From Podarcis liolepis (lineage: Eukaryota), in the NCBI GenBank assembly GCA_965112155.1, contig OZ218103.1: a stretch of DNA of 64,000 bases; one strand, 5' to 3'. Numbering within the stretch: the first letter of the stretch is position 1; each line of letters begins with the position of its first letter. Positions 37,875-51,290 of this stretch are shown piece by piece. The notes under the pieces are model-generated. The model was given only the letters and a program-made list of their open reading frames with translations, had not been told where the DNA came from and ran no database searches. The position numbers were made by a program, and so were the translations under genes.

Positions 37875-38135
37875 CTGGGGGAGGGGGGAACATTCCAATA
37901 CTTCAGCAGATCCAGAATATTACTTCACAAAATTGTACAAGTCAAGGAACCAGTGAGATTCGATTATTATTGTTAGAAGTAAGATTTGAAACAGAGATCA
38001 GCCCTGTTTGGGTGTGCTATCTGTGTGCAAAGGCAACATACAAGCAGGGATGAGTGTGCTAAGATCTGCCCCCTGAATCACTCTGCCCATCACCCTCCAA
38101 AAGAAGAGGGTGAGGTATGAAGAAGGGAGCCTGCT

Positions 38136-38210
38136 CTACTCATGGAGTAAACTTACTACTCATGGAGTAGACTTACTACTCATGGAGTAGACTTACTACT
38201 CATGGAGTAA
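38136..38210. repeat. 20-bp minisatellite, about 3.7 copies (ctactcatggagtagactta)
   Basis: Direct tandem repeat; each unit contains the inverted repeat TACTC-ATG-GAGTA. Confidence 0.9.
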
Positions 38211-38356
38211 TTTAGAACCCTGCACAACTGGGGTCGCCTACAACCCTCGGAATGACTTTTAACCATCCACTGAATGGGGTGGGCTAAAATGTGGCAGAAG
38301 GCAGCAAAACCTGTGGGGCCACCTTCAGCGATTAGAGCTTCTGCTCACAGAAGATA

Positions 38357-38714
38357 AAGGTAAAGGTAAAGTCACCCCTGACAATTAGGTCCAGTCATGA
38401 CCGACACTGGGGTTGCGGCACTCATCTCGCTTTATTGGTCGAGGGAGACGGCGTACAGCTTCCAGGTCATGTGGCCAGCATGACTAAGCCGCTTCTGGCA
38501 AACCAGAGCAGCGCACGGAAACGACGTGTACCTTCCCGCCAGAGCGGTACCTATTTATCTACTTGCACTTTTTGGTGTGCTTTCGAATTGCTAGGTTGGC
38601 AGGAGCAGGGACCGAGCAACGGGAGCTCACCCCGTCGCGGGGATTCGAAACGCCGACCTTCTGACCGGCAAGTCCTAGGCTCTGTGGTTTAACCCACAGC
38701 GCCATCCACGTCCC
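38357..38714 (-). mobile_element. Sauria SINE, full length
   Basis: Same sequence family as 411-747; (ACCTTT)n tail; TSD tcacagaagata at 38345-38356 and 38716-38727. Confidence 0.92.
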
Positions 38715-39384
38715 TTCACAGAAGATACCTCTACCCAATTTTCAGCAATCATTTCTCTTGCCCGCTTTCCCCACAGCATCCTGTGCTACAGCCCAGCGAG
38801 GTCTCCTGACTGCTGGGAGAGGCAGGGATGAGGCAGCTCACTCCCTTCCATGCACATTTCATTGCATACAACCCAAAATACACAACAAGACCTTGTCCTA
38901 TCAAATCTTTTGAGTCTCTGCCAAAAGAAAAGAGAAAATATTCCTACAACAGAGAACTTCTGCCACTATTACTATGCAAGTTCTGTTCAGAGAATTCTAG
39001 TGAATTCACAAGATCAGAGCAGGTAAGTCTGAGAAATTTAGCTTTTGCAGAAGAACAAACTTGCTGATGGTACATGTCTGAATAGGGAATTCCTGTATAT
39101 GAAAAATTCTCCACACACAGTACAATAAGGTGAATTTTAACAGCTAACAGTAGTGAAAAATTTCCATTAGATTAAGCATGTAGCCAGACTAAAAAGTTTA
39201 TTTTGCTTCTTTCAGCATAACACAGAATATATATTCCATTTAATTTAAAAGTTAGCAAGACGTGGAATTTTCCCTTTGACAAAAACCTGCTTAAATAGCA
39301 ACATCTTTAGTTAAAAAAATAAACCCAAAGTCCTCTTGACTTGTTTAGAATCATCCAATCACCTAACAGGCAGCTATGCCAATA

Positions 39385-39798
39385 CAGTGGTACCTCGCAA
39401 GACGAATGCCTCGCAAGACAAAAAACTCGCTAGACGAAAGGTTTTTCCATTTTCGATTTGCCTCGCAAGACGAATTTCCCCTATGGGCTTGCTTCGCAAG
39501 ACGAAAACGTCTCGCGACTTTGTTTTCTTTGTCTAAAAACAAAGACATGTTTTGTTTATAAAGTTAATTTATTTTCCCTTCAATTTTTGAACTGCTCTTT
39601 ACAGTATGTGTGACTTTAAAGAGCAGTTAATAAACTTGTTGTACCAAATTTGGCTTTGTTTGGACTTTTTTTGACCATAGGAACGCATTAATTGATTTTC
39701 AATGCATTCCTATGGGATTTCGTGCTTCGCAAGACGAAAAATTCGCTAGACGACAAAAATTGCGGAACGAATTAATTTCGTCTTGCGGGGCACCACTG
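39385..39798. mobile_element. Tc1/mariner (Tigger-like) MITE
   Basis: TA|CAGTGGTACCTCGCAAGACGAA ... TTCGTCTTGCGGGGCACCACTG|TA; internal GCAAGACGAA repeats. Confidence 0.88.
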
Positions 39799-40511
39799 TA
39801 TTCAGCTACAGGTGTTTGTTTTAGAAGCAGCCATGCAATATTCACAGGATTTAAGGAGACTGTGCTGAAGATGGTCCCTAAGCACGCACTAGCCTTAAAA
39901 AGTCAAATATGTAATTCACAAAGGTGTAGAGCGAGCCACTTTACAGAATAAATCTTATTCATCATTTGTCCAGTTGAGAGCTGAGAACATTAATAGTGAG
40001 AGAATCACGACTCTCAACAAAAGGCATTTCAGTAATGAGTTTGAAGTTAGCTCACACTAACATCACATCACAGCACCTGGGATAAAGCGGCAAAACATGC
40101 ACAACTCCATTTATCTGGAGACTCCCAATTATGAGCAGGCCATCAATGTAAACACAGCTATGCAGACCACTGGTAACTCTTGCACAGTTATCTTCTTTAA
40201 ATAATGTTTTTTTGTAATAAACTCCAATACAGGAGTTTCTTCTCCAATACCTGAAGAGTTTCTTTAAAGAGTTCGAGCTCATGAGCCCAACTCCACACCA
40301 GCAGGGGGCTGTGCAATTTTCCCTCTTAGTTGCAACTCCTTACACCATGTTAGATGCCACTCTGCAGGGCAACGTTTTGGAACATTAAGGAAACACAGAT
40401 CAAAAGGCTCTGTGAATGGGCAGTGCATGACCTCTACATCTTATCCTCCTCACCCACATCACAACAGGGTATGAAATTTGGAAATGCATGAAGACATCGG
40501 CAATAGAATTA

Positions 40512-41009
40512 CCGTATTTTTCGCCCTATAGGACACACTTTTTCCCCTCCAAAAATGAAGGGGAAATGTGTATGCATCCTATGGGGCGAATGCAGGCTTT
40601 CGCTGAAGCCTGGAGAGCGAGAGGGGTCGGTGCACACCTCTCGCTCTCCAGGCTTCAGGAAGCTCTGTGCAACCCTCGGGAGACCGGCGTCACTTCGTGC
40701 CCGCCTCCCGAGGGTTGTGCAGAGCTGCCTGCAGTCCTGGGGCGAGCGCAGCTCTGCGCAGCCATCCGGAGCGGGGCGTGAAGTTGCGCCCGCCTCCCGA
40801 TGGCTGCGCAGAGCTGCCTGCATTCTGAAGCCTGGGGAGACCGGCACGACTTACCGCTGGCCTCCCTAGGCTTGCGGATAGCAGGCTGTGCTCAGGGCTG
40901 GGATTGGGGGAAGCTCGGGGAAATGAATTTTTTTTCTTTATTCCCCCCCCCCAAAAAAAAACTAGGCGCATCCTATGGGGCGGTGCACCCTATGGGGCAA
41001 AAAATACGG
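40512..41009. mobile_element. Tc1/mariner (Tc2/pogo-like) MITE
   Basis: TA|CCGTATTTTTCGCCC ... GGGGCAAAAAATACGG|TA; GC-rich internal repeats. Confidence 0.85.
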
Positions 41010-41220
41010 TAAAACTCAATATTTTAACTTCATTATATTTAGTACAGTCCAGGGGTGTGTCATTTGTAGTCCTTCAGATGTTGTTAACTACAACTCACAT
41101 CAACCCCAGTAAGCATGGTTAGTGAGTCGAATTCCATGGGAGTCGAATTCCAGTGGCATCTGGAGGGCCACAGGTTCCCCATCCCTGGTGTAACCCTTCA
41201 AAGGTGAAGACTGTTCTTAC

Positions 41221-41287
41221 CTGATATTTATACCTTGTTTGTATATTTTACATGCATCAGAAGGCAGGATTCGGGAAAGTAAAGGCA
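41221..41287 (-). CDS. ANKRD13C: ANKRD13C exon 6
   Basis: VPLLSRILPSDACKIYKQGINI(R); CAG / GTAAGA; 67 nt. Confidence 0.95.
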
Positions 41288-41757
41288 CTGCATTTAGGGT
41301 AAAAACGACACCCTGTTACCATTAATGTCCTTCTAATGTATCTATTCAGCATACAGAACACAAAATAAAAACTATCAAACAAATCATATATAAACACATC
41401 CAACAAAGCAACTAAAACAGAGCCGTATGTAAAGCTATTAATCATGATAGCTGTATAGTACACCCATTGCCCACAGGCACCTTTCCTCCAAATACCAGTC
41501 ACTGCAGATTAACAACACGAGAGGCCTATTGCTCCATGCCCTGCTTATCGGGTTCCTAGAGGTATCTGGCTGACCACTGTGGAAAGCAGGATGCTGGATT
41601 AGACAGGCCTTCGGTCTGATCCAGCAGCTCCACTAGAATGGAAGCCGATAGAACTGTAACTAATTTAAAGAACATAATCTCTTCCACTGAAGAGTGGCAA
41701 AACACATTTCAGTTGTTTGAATTCTGACAAGCAGGAAAGCACTTTTGATATTTTATG

Positions 41758-42200
41758 CTCAGCTGTCCACGGAGGCGCAGGTCAATTCTGTGTCCAGGGC
41801 GGCTGTGTACCAGCTCCATCTGGTACACTGGCCGAGACCCTACCTGCCTATGCACTGTCTCGCCAGAGTAGTGCATGTTCTGGTTATCTCCCGCTTGGAC
41901 TACTGCAATGCACTCCACATGGGGCTACCCAGAAACTACAAGGAATCCAGAATGCGGCTGCCAGAATGGTGACTGGGAGCAGCCACTGGGACCATTTAAC
42001 ACTGGTTCTAAAAGATCTATATTGGCTCCCAGTACATTTCCAAGCACAATTCAAAGTGTTGGTGCTGACCTTTAAAGCCCTTAATGGCCTAGGACCTCAA
42101 GGAGTGTCTCCACCCCCATCATTCAGCCCAGACACTGAGATCTAGCTCCAAGGGCCTTCTGGTGGTTCCCTCACTGCGGGGAGGGAGGTTACAGGGAATC
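41758..42200 (+). mobile_element. L2-clade LINE fragment
   Basis: QLSTEAQVNSVSRAAVYQL...LVISRLDYCNAL...IQNAAAR...LYWLPV...QFKVLVLTFKALNG; near-identical to part of 50124-51290. Confidence 0.85.
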
Positions 42201-42673
42201 TAGAGAATGCTCCCAATCTCTGAAGGGATCAAGAAATATTACATCACCATCAAGCACTACCAAAATTAACAAACACAAAAGGGGCTGGATCCAGATGTCT
42301 TCAGTGGAACTCAAACTACTTGATGGTCCTGTGGGGAGGAGACTCTTTTTTTCCTCTGCAGTACCCTATGCCCCCTGAAAATATGATCCAAAGGGTTGGG
42401 TGACCTTCTGGAACAGCGTAGGAAGTGGCACTGGGCATGTAGGGGAAATCAACAAAAATTACATTTTCCTTCCATCTGCAGGAATCACCCGGCCACGAGT
42501 CCCCATGGGATCAGAGTCCCATCTGTTAACAGAAAGGACCTTTCAATTTGTGGAACATGTCTGGATCAAACTCCAACTATGTTTGTGCTTTTGCAAAACT
42601 ATCTACAACCAGTTTAGTGCAGAAAATCCAATCATTCCAAATAACAAGTCTGTTCTGGAGAAATAAGTATTTA

Positions 42674-42800
42674 GACTGGATAGCTCAGTTGGCAGAGCAC
42701 AATACTCTTAATCTCAGGGTCATGGACAAAAAGATTCTTGCATTGCAGAGAGTGGACTAGTTGACACTCATGACCCCTTCCAACTCTAGAACTATGATTT
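42674..42800 (+). mobile_element. tRNA(Lys)-derived SINE with CR1-like tail, degraded
   Basis: gatagctcagttggcagagca...ctcttaatctcagggtc head; tail gaccccttccaactcta; same family as 62453-62584. Confidence 0.7.
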
Positions 42801-42824
42801 CCATAGAAATCTTTAAAATCTTAC

Positions 42825-42870
42825 CCCAACTTTGAAAATCCCAGTGAAGTTCAAGATAGAAGTCACCTAG
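42825..42870 (-). CDS. ANKRD13C: ANKRD13C exon 5
   Basis: LGDFYLELHWDFQSW; CAG / GTAAGA; 46 nt. Confidence 0.95.
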
Positions 42871-43045
42871 CTGGAGAGAAAGAGAATTTCTGTTAAATGT
42901 TAAGAAACTGATGACTACTTTCATGTCCACCCACCCAGGAAATGCTAGCAACCATAACTTTCATTTGCACATGCTAAACTTTGGGGTAAGTGTGTATTAA
43001 CTGAAGTTTTGATTTGCACACCTTTCACATTAACAGCTTTTTAAA

Positions 43046-43080
43046 AGAAGAAGAAGAAGAAGAAGAAGAAGAAGAAGAAG
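43046..43080. repeat. (GAA)n microsatellite
   Basis: About 11 perfect units. Confidence 0.9.
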
Positions 43081-44221
43081 GGGAGTAAATTAGTCTTACT
43101 TGTTTTATCTATGGAAGTACAGAAGGAACATGATCAAAATAACAGCCCAAACTATACAATATTTGAATCAACCTAACCTTGCAATCAGATGTAATGTATA
43201 AATTCTTTTACTACAACTACAACAGCTTGGCTTCTTAAAAATGATTTTTCAAAGAGTAACTATTTTTTAGCAATACATTTCTCCTTTGAAAGCAGTCAGT
43301 GTAGGTGACAATTTTTGATAGCTGCTCCTTAACCGAGAGCTTATGTTTATAGAAAATATCCTTCTGTGCAAGATCATAATTGCCAAATGAAGCCATTCTT
43401 CTGAAGAACTAGTTATTTCTGAAGCAAGGGAATCAATCATGAAATGCTAGCTAAGCTAAACAACTTTGACCCAGATCAACAAAATGAGGAACCTGTGGCA
43501 CCTCTTATAGTACATGGGTGAGGGATATCTAGAAGCAGCTTTGAATTGGAGCCACTGAGTTTATGTACCCAGTTTATGTACAAAGTTCTAAAACAGACCT
43601 TCTCTGTCCATGGGAATTAGCATGACAAATGGAAACTGTGAAAAAGCAGTTTTTCCTTCCCTCAAATGGAAACTGTCTCTCTCCTTATATCAATAATTAT
43701 GGTATGTTCGGAACTGATCTCTGGCTCACAGTTTAAATGCTATTCAAATATTTTAACATATTTACATCAGCTTCCAATTTCACTGCAGCTTCAAAATGCA
43801 GAAGCTACATGTAAACGAAGCATTATTAACCCAGCTTGACTTTAAAACCAAAATAGAAACATAATTTTTTTCACAGTGAAACTTAATTTTTAAAATCACA
43901 ATTACGATCCATAGCAGAGACCTAACACTAAAACTCCACACCCGGAATTTAGAACATACAACCCATAGGCCATATCCAGTCACAAGCCCTTTCTCTAAGT
44001 AGGGAAGATGTCACTGCTGCAAGGTAAATCACCTACAGGTCAGTCATTCTAAGACACAGACTAGCAAGCAATATGCAATTCAGCCAGCAATTCCCAGAAA
44101 TAAAAGCCTGTGTTGAGTTGTTTGCACTTAATGAGGACACAATGGCAATCACACACAAATTGTTTGAAAAGTAATGACTCCATACTCTCCAATGTGGGTG
44201 GAAAAATCCTTACAAACTTAC

Positions 44222-44307
44222 CTCTTTCAGAGCTTTTAATAACCGAGGTCGCTTTTCCTCAACACTTTCCCTAGACTGTTGTTTCAGTTTCCTTAGAAGT
44301 GCTGTAA
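44222..44307 (-). CDS. ANKRD13C: ANKRD13C exon 4
   Basis: ITALLRKLKQQSRESVEEKRPRLLKALKE; TAG / GTAAGT; 86 nt. Confidence 0.95.
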
Positions 44308-46047
44308 CTAAATAAATATACTGTAAGTCCAATGTAAAGGCAATCATGTTAAGCATCCACTAAGCTGGGAGCTGCCTTTACCTTTTGTACTGGCTGGTGG
44401 CAAAAGAGAAATCAGCATCTATTGCAGGGCCACCTCTACTGCTGGCAGAGAAGCAGCATCGGCATCAGCACCAATTACAGGTGAGATCTTGCTGAAATCG
44501 CGCAAGATCTTGCACCCTCCACAAGATTTCACATAATTTTGGATGATACCAGTGCTGCTTCTGCCCATGGGGCTGCCATATTGGGGGCTTCTACCACCTG
44601 AGACAGTCGCCATAGTCTGCCTAATGGCAGAGGCAGCTCTGGTCAATTAGTAGCTTTTTTAGCTTTTTATTACTTAAGCAATATTGTCAAATAAATAAAA
44701 CAAAGTTCAATCAAGTAAACTGACAACAGTAAGCCATATATGGTAGATTCAGAGACAAATATACAAAGCTTTCATAGGGGAAAGTGAAAGATCTCGGAAT
44801 ACTAAGTGTTTCAGTGTTACTGAAAGTGTGATCTATCAGTAATGTGGATCGGAGATCACTGGGAGTCTCATAAACACGCACAAAGCCAACATGTGTGCTT
44901 TTCCTGAGAGTTTGCCTTTTGGAAATGAAGCAGTTACAGCAATGTTGTTTCCTCTTCAAAACCTCTGGCATACAATTCCCAGACTGTTTTCTGAAGGAAT
45001 TTAAACAGCAATTTGGGGTTTCTGTAGGGGAGTTTTCATTAAGACATTTCCAAATTCAGGTACAAACATGCTCCTTTCAGCTTTGACCATAATGCTAATG
45101 CTCCTTATGCTTAAAATAATCCCTCATTTAAGTTCTGGAGCTGTACATCAACACACCATTGATCAGGCACACTCAATGTTACAGCGTAACATTTCATATG
45201 CTATATTCTATTGCACTTGTATATAATTAAATGAATAAATCACCCATCCTGAACATTATATGTAAGTAGCAATGCGAAAGTTGTAAATACAGCTTTATTT
45301 ATTTATTACAGCTTTATTTATTTATTACATGTAATAAATAAAAAAACTGATACATACGTTATACAAAAGCTCGAGAAGCAAGGTAAATCAAGCAAGTCAG
45401 GTTTTTATAATTTGGGAACATTTCAGTTGAGAAGCAGGATAATGTAGCACCACCACACTGCCTTCTTAAAGAATGAGAACTCCGAACAGCATGGATTTCA
45501 ACACTTGCTGGTTGACTAACTCCTACCTAACAACAACAAAAGTGCAATGCTGCTCTGGATTTAGTCATACTTATTGCTAGTGCCAGTGTAAACCTTAAAC
45601 TATGATTATGACCAGGGATAATAGATGAATGAGGAGGAGAGCTCCTGTGAGCAACTCCTGATCTAATAACCATAGTTAAGGGGTAGACAGCTTTACCTCT
45701 GCATCTATCCTAGTATTGGCATTGTTGTTGTTGCAATTTATTAACTGCCTTTCACTATGGGGTCCCAGGGTGGGCTACAGCAATTTAAAATACAATAATA
45801 AAAACAGAAAATTGGGTCCTAAATCATTTAAGGCTTGAATCACTAATGTGAGGAGCTTGAGCTGGGCCTGGAATTAACCTGGACAATCCGCAGCAAGGCC
45901 TAACATGAGAACTGGCCTTTCAAAATTATCACAAGATTAGGTGTTCATGATCTGCACATTTCAGTCACAATCTGCAGTAAGCTGATTTTAATGACTAAAT
46001 GGATTTCCTGTATTTATGTCCAGACAACCAGAGTGACAGTTTCTTAC

Positions 46048-46152
46048 TCATTTGTCTATCTCCATAGCTGATGGCTTCAGCGAGAGGACTCCATCCCTGA
46101 GCATTTTTCACTTTCACAGGAGCATTGTGGGCCAAAAGCAGGTGGGCACATT
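46048..46152 (-). CDS. ANKRD13C: ANKRD13C exon 3 (ankyrin repeat)
   Basis: ECAHLLLAHNAPVKVKNAQGWSPLAEAISYGDRQM; TAG / GTAAGA; 105 nt. Confidence 0.96.
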
Positions 46153-49085
46153 CTATAACAAAGTATGAGACAATAATTATTTTCCAAATAAGACCATCAG
46201 ATTGCTTCTCTGTGAAGAGCCACTTACAGTTTGACAAAAATACTGATGTAAACAAGTTTTGAACTTATTGAAGTTTGAGCAGCACATAAAATCAAGCTAA
46301 CCAATGACCTATTTTGCATTTGAAACCATTTATGTAGCATTTGGTGCAAAGCAAAATCTATTGGGTGGTATCTTGACTAAGTCATACTCATGGCTAACGT
46401 TAAGTGAACGTGATTTCAATGGGTCTGTTCTATGACTTAGGCTGCATTCTTAACTATGTCTAGTCCTACTGAATTCAATGGTGGTTACTCACAGGTTAAG
46501 TGGGGTTAGTCTTGCAGCCACAGCTAGATACAACCTAGTGTCTGAATTGTATCCAAATGATGTCTTTCTACTGACAGAAGTCTCTGATCCAATAGAGGCT
46601 TCCATCAGCAGGACAGGGAGGTAGACAGACTTTCAACAATTCCCAGAGTCCCCTGAGCAGTGCCCCCATCGCACAATCTATTCCTGGGGGTTGGGAGAAA
46701 AAGTTAGAACCTGTGGTACTATGATGATTTTGTGATTTATACCTTTAGGAACTATTTTGATTGAGCAAGTCAATCAAAAATATTTAAGAGCAGTTTCACT
46801 CCCTATGTATACACAAATAACAGGAACAGGAGATTAACAGGAAATGGTTCGTCTTGACTGCCATAGAGGAAACCTAACCTGAATCCACCGTAATTAAACA
46901 AAGTACATTGAGCTGATGGGATTGTTTGGCGCTGTACCTTAACAAGGCAAACCAAGGAGACCAGTGGAAAATGAGGAATGGAGACAACACTTATGGCTAA
47001 CAGTTTAAAAGTTATTGGGAATTACAAATAACTTTATATCCTACGCTACACTGCTATTCTACTTGAACAAGAAATAAAAGCTGCCTTTTTAAACAAAAAA
47101 AGTAAACTCAAAACAATTTAAAATGAAAAAAATATAAACCTAAAACAAAATGAAAGCCATGGTACACCTGCATCAGCACAACCAGACACTTTCAACTACC
47201 CAAACTAAAACAAAACATGCCTCTCCCATACTGATTTCCAATGGTTTGACCTCATCCTGATGGCGTACTCTTCCAGTGCCTCCTGAGACAGGAGGATGCC
47301 AAACAACATAAAAGGCAGTCAAACACATCCCACCCACCAAAGGAAGCCACAATATCTTAAAATAAGATGCTTTGGTGCCAAGACCAAATATGGGTGCAAA
47401 GGAGAGGAAGGAATCAAATAAACCTGAGCAGCACAAAAATCAACAAGAGGATGAGGTAGTGACATTGGCAAAAAAAAAAAAAAAAGCACACACAATGCAA
47501 ATCAGAGGAAAGATAACAGAGCATGTAGTATGAATCTTAAGGATCAGACTGAGAGGGTGAAAGCAGAAAGTGAGAGCTTCTCCCCCGCAGAAATGCTGAA
47601 AGAGTATTAGATTAGTATGAAGAGTCAGAGAAACCTCAGGCATGAAGAGTGTCAGGCACAAGAGGGTAATCAGCAGTATCAAAAGCAGTAAAGTCAAGGA
47701 TAAGTAGAGAAAGGATGACAAAGCAATTTTGCTGAGGACATTTGACAATAGGGTACTAAGTGCAGAATACAGATTGTAGTGGCTCTAGACAGAGCTGAGC
47801 CTCATAGAGTAACCAGTTTGATCCTGGAGTCTGAGGGTAAAGTGTGGAAAGGAAATTAATGGAGAACAACCACTTTCACAGTAAGGGAACAGCAGATGTT
47901 AAGTGGGAAAGCACCTGCAGTGTTCTTGTTTCTAGGATCTACTTATCCAAGAATCAATTCCCAGAGAATATCTGCTTTCAGTGTTGATGGTTATGACAGC
48001 AATGCCTTCAGGATAACAAATGAACTTTCCACTAAAATTAGTTAACTGGCAAATGCAGGAATCTTTTTGCCCAATGTTCTTCTGACTGAGCTATCCCACA
48101 GGGTCTGAGTTACAATTTCTAATAACCGGAGAATCTTCTATCCAACACCTATTTAATACTGAAAAGGCATTTCAGTAACTGGAGAGGCAGAGGGTTAGAA
48201 GCTTCCACATCTGCCAGCAATGTACACTGCATTATGTTGCACTGGTAGGACTTGAACAGAGAATGAAGGCACTTGTGCACCTGCTAGCAGCTATTTTATC
48301 CTCTCTGGAAAAGCCTCTCTCATAGTCCACAGTCCCCTGTTCTACAAAAGCTATGATATGGCCTTTGTTGATTTAAAAAGAGGGACCAGTCTTTTTCCAT
48401 TATATTTTCCATTATTTCCATTATTAATATTCTAGCTTTTAGGACCAATTATTATGACTAGCCTGGTTCCTAACTTGACTGGACCTGGAGAAAATGAAAT
48501 GAAGGCAGCAGCATTCATTATTTTTTCTGAACTTTTTGCAGATAGTTCTGAACAGCATCTCATAGCTTCTCTGCCTATCATACTTCATTCCAATTTATTT
48601 GGAATTTTCTCTTAAGTCACTGCAAGACAAGCAAGGGGCAATACGGACCCTTTTCTCTGTGCCCCTTCTTGTCCCTCGCAATAAAGTAACAATGGTAAGG
48701 ATTCAGGACTGGGCAAGGTAGACATGTGAAGGGAACTCCCCTCCCCATAACCTTCTGAGCAGCTCTTGCCATTCAGAAGCAAAGGGCACTGAAAAGCACA
48801 AGCGTGACCATGCCCCCAGCTCACAGTAAAACAGCACTGGCTGCCTTTTCACAAAGGGCTCTGTGAAAGAGATGTGTTTCTTCTTCATCTAACTGCAGTT
48901 CCCAACAGCCGCCGCCGCCACCACCACCATGATCTAGGGAAAGCTATGAGAAGGTGAATTCTCCCCTTGTTTGCTCTGTTATTCCCTTTTCCATGTTTTG
49001 AGAAATATGATCTGGAGGCTCTAGTTGCTACGTTTGATGCTGCATACATTTTTTAAAAAGCAAATATAAATGAAGTCTTACCAAC

Positions 49086-49127
49086 CTTTATGCCCCAGCA
49101 TCACAGCCAGATGTAAAGGAGTGTTTC
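49086..49127 (-). CDS. ANKRD13C: ANKRD13C exon 2 (ankyrin TPLH motif)
   Basis: GNTPLHLAVMLGHK; TAG acceptor, donor G|GTTGGT; 42 nt. Confidence 0.93.
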
Positions 49128-50123
49128 CTATTTAAATGAATAAACAAACAAAGAAGATTTTAAATCAGTAATTAGACTGAATAAAACATCAAGTTTCACG
49201 CTGATAAATGGTCCTAATATCAATTATGAGTTACCGTAAATATAGCAAACCTACTATTGTCAATTTGACAATAAAGAATAAGCAGTGTTAAATCACATGA
49301 CAATTCACTTTGATACATTATCTGTATTGGGTCAATCTTCAGCTTTACTCCTGGGCAATTCAGAGGACAGGAATAATTAAAGAATATTGGAAAGAAAAAG
49401 AAAGAAATCAAGTGACATTCCGTCACTCTAAATTAATTAAGGCCTGTAAAGTCTCCAATGTTATCAAAACTGACGGATGTAGGTCACTACACATAAGGGA
49501 TATATTCTAATAAAAAATTAAACAGCATGTTTTATTTATTCATTGCATAGATCCAGTTTTACAGACAAGATATGCTATTAAAAGTACCTTAATGAAAACC
49601 AGAGAGCTTGAAGTCACTCAAAATACATAATTACTATAAAATATTACAGTAACAGCTTACAGTTATGTAAAAACAGAATTATGAGTATTGTACTGTTGCA
49701 ATATACTTGAACAGAATTCACACTGGACAGAGAAATCAGCTGCTTCAGAACCTTAACTTTTATTTTTATGGTAGTTAAGAAATGCAATGGCTGGAAAAAT
49801 CAAACAAGAATGAAAAGCTAAGCAGGATGCTTATACCACCCTAAGGCTGGTATCCAACACTGCACTATGATGAACATGCCATCTGCACAAGCATTGTAGA
49901 TTGCCAGACAGAATTGTCTCCCCACTTCTTCTCTGCATGCCGTTCTTGGGTTTCTGCTGGGTTGCACTGGGGGAGGAGAGGCGGGAAATCTCTATTTTAC
50001 AAGTGATAGTCCTTGAGAAGGGATTCCATCAATGATCACATAAAATAACCTGCCCCCAGTTAATTATATCCATAATAATTGATGACAGCTTGTATCTGGG
50101 TTGCAAAGAGAGCTCTACCTCTC

Positions 50124-51290
50124 TTTCAGAACCAGTGAAGACGCTGAAGGTCCTATGTGAGTATCTGGAGGATGGATGGCGGCTAACAGATTGAAGTTGA
50201 ATCCTGGCAAGACAGAAGTACTGTTTTGGGGTGACAGGAGGCAGGCAGGTGTGGAGGACTTCCTGGTCCTGAATAGGGTAACTGCCCCTGAAGGACCAGG
50301 TGCACAGCCTGGGAGTCATTTTGGACACACAGCTGTCCATGGAGGCACAGGTCAATTCTGTGTCCAGGGCAGCTGTTTATCAGCTCCATCTGGTACGCAG
50401 GCTGAGACCCTACCTGCCCACAGACTGTCTCGCCAGTGTGGTGAAAGCTCTAGTTATCTCTCGCTTGGACTACTGCAATGCACTCTATGTGGGGCTACTT
50501 TTGAAGGTAACCAACTAATCCAGAATGCAGCATCTAGACTGCTGACTGGGAGCAGCTGTCGAGACCACATAACACTGGTACTGAAAGACCTACATTGGCT
50601 CCCAGTACGTTTCCAGTGAGCCAGTACGTTTCCAGAGAGCCAGTGTGGTGTAGTGGTTAAGAGCGGTAGTCTCGTAATCTGGGGAACCGGGTTCACGTCT
50701 CCGCTCCTCCGCATGCAGCTGCTGGGTGACCTTGGGCCAGTCACACTTCTTTGAAGTCTCTCAGCCCCACTCACCTCACAGAGTGTTTGTTGTGGGGGAG
50801 GAAGGGAAAGGAGAATGTAAGCCGCTTTGAGACTCCTTTGGGTAGTGATAAAGCGGGATATCAAATCCAAACTCTTCTTCTTCTTCTTCTTCTTCTTCTT
50901 CTTCTTCTTCTTCTTCTTCTTCCAGGCACAATTCAAAGTGTTGGTGCTGACCTTTAAATCCCTAAACAGCCTCAGTCCAGTACACCTGAAGGAGCGTCTC
51001 CACCCCCATTGTTCTGCCTGGACACTGAGGTCCAGTGCCGAGGGCCTTCTGGCAGGTCCCTCGCTGCGAGAAGCCAAGTTACAGGAAACCAGGCAGAGGG
51101 CCTTCTTGGTAGTGGCACCCGCCCTGTGGAACGCCCTCGCACCAGATGTCAAAGAGAAAATCAACTACCAGACTTTTAGAAGACATCTGAAGGCAGCCGT
51201 ATTTAGGGAAGCTTTTAATGTTTAATAGACAATATTTTGTTGGAAGCCGCCCCAAGTGGCTGGGGAAACTCAGATGGTCGGGGTATAAGT
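50124..51290 (+). mobile_element. L2-clade LINE 3' portion interrupted by a SINE
   Basis: ANRLKLNPGKTEVL, LGVILDTQLSMEAQV, LVISRLDYCNALY, LHWLPV, RAFLVVAPALWNAL, FRRHLK motifs; followed by (TTA)n/(TTG)n microsatellite to about 51349. Confidence 0.88.
50636..50921 (+). mobile_element. tRNA-derived SINE with (CTT)n tail (Squam3-like), nested in L2
   Basis: A-box TGGTGTAGTGG, B-box-like GGGTTCACGTCTCC, CORE-like gctgggtgaccttgggccagtcac, about 16 CTT units; L2 sequence resumes after the tail. Confidence 0.82.

Noticed and set aside
38136-38210. CRISPR-like palindromic repeat array (also the GCAAGACGAA and TAACCTGAAG repeats in MITEs)
   Set aside because: Eukaryotic locus, no unique spacers, no cas genes; these are a minisatellite and transposon subterminal repeats
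50454-51225. ORFs with poly-Lys, poly-Phe or poly-Leu tracts
   Set aside because: Translations of the (CTT)n SINE tail inside a dead L2 element
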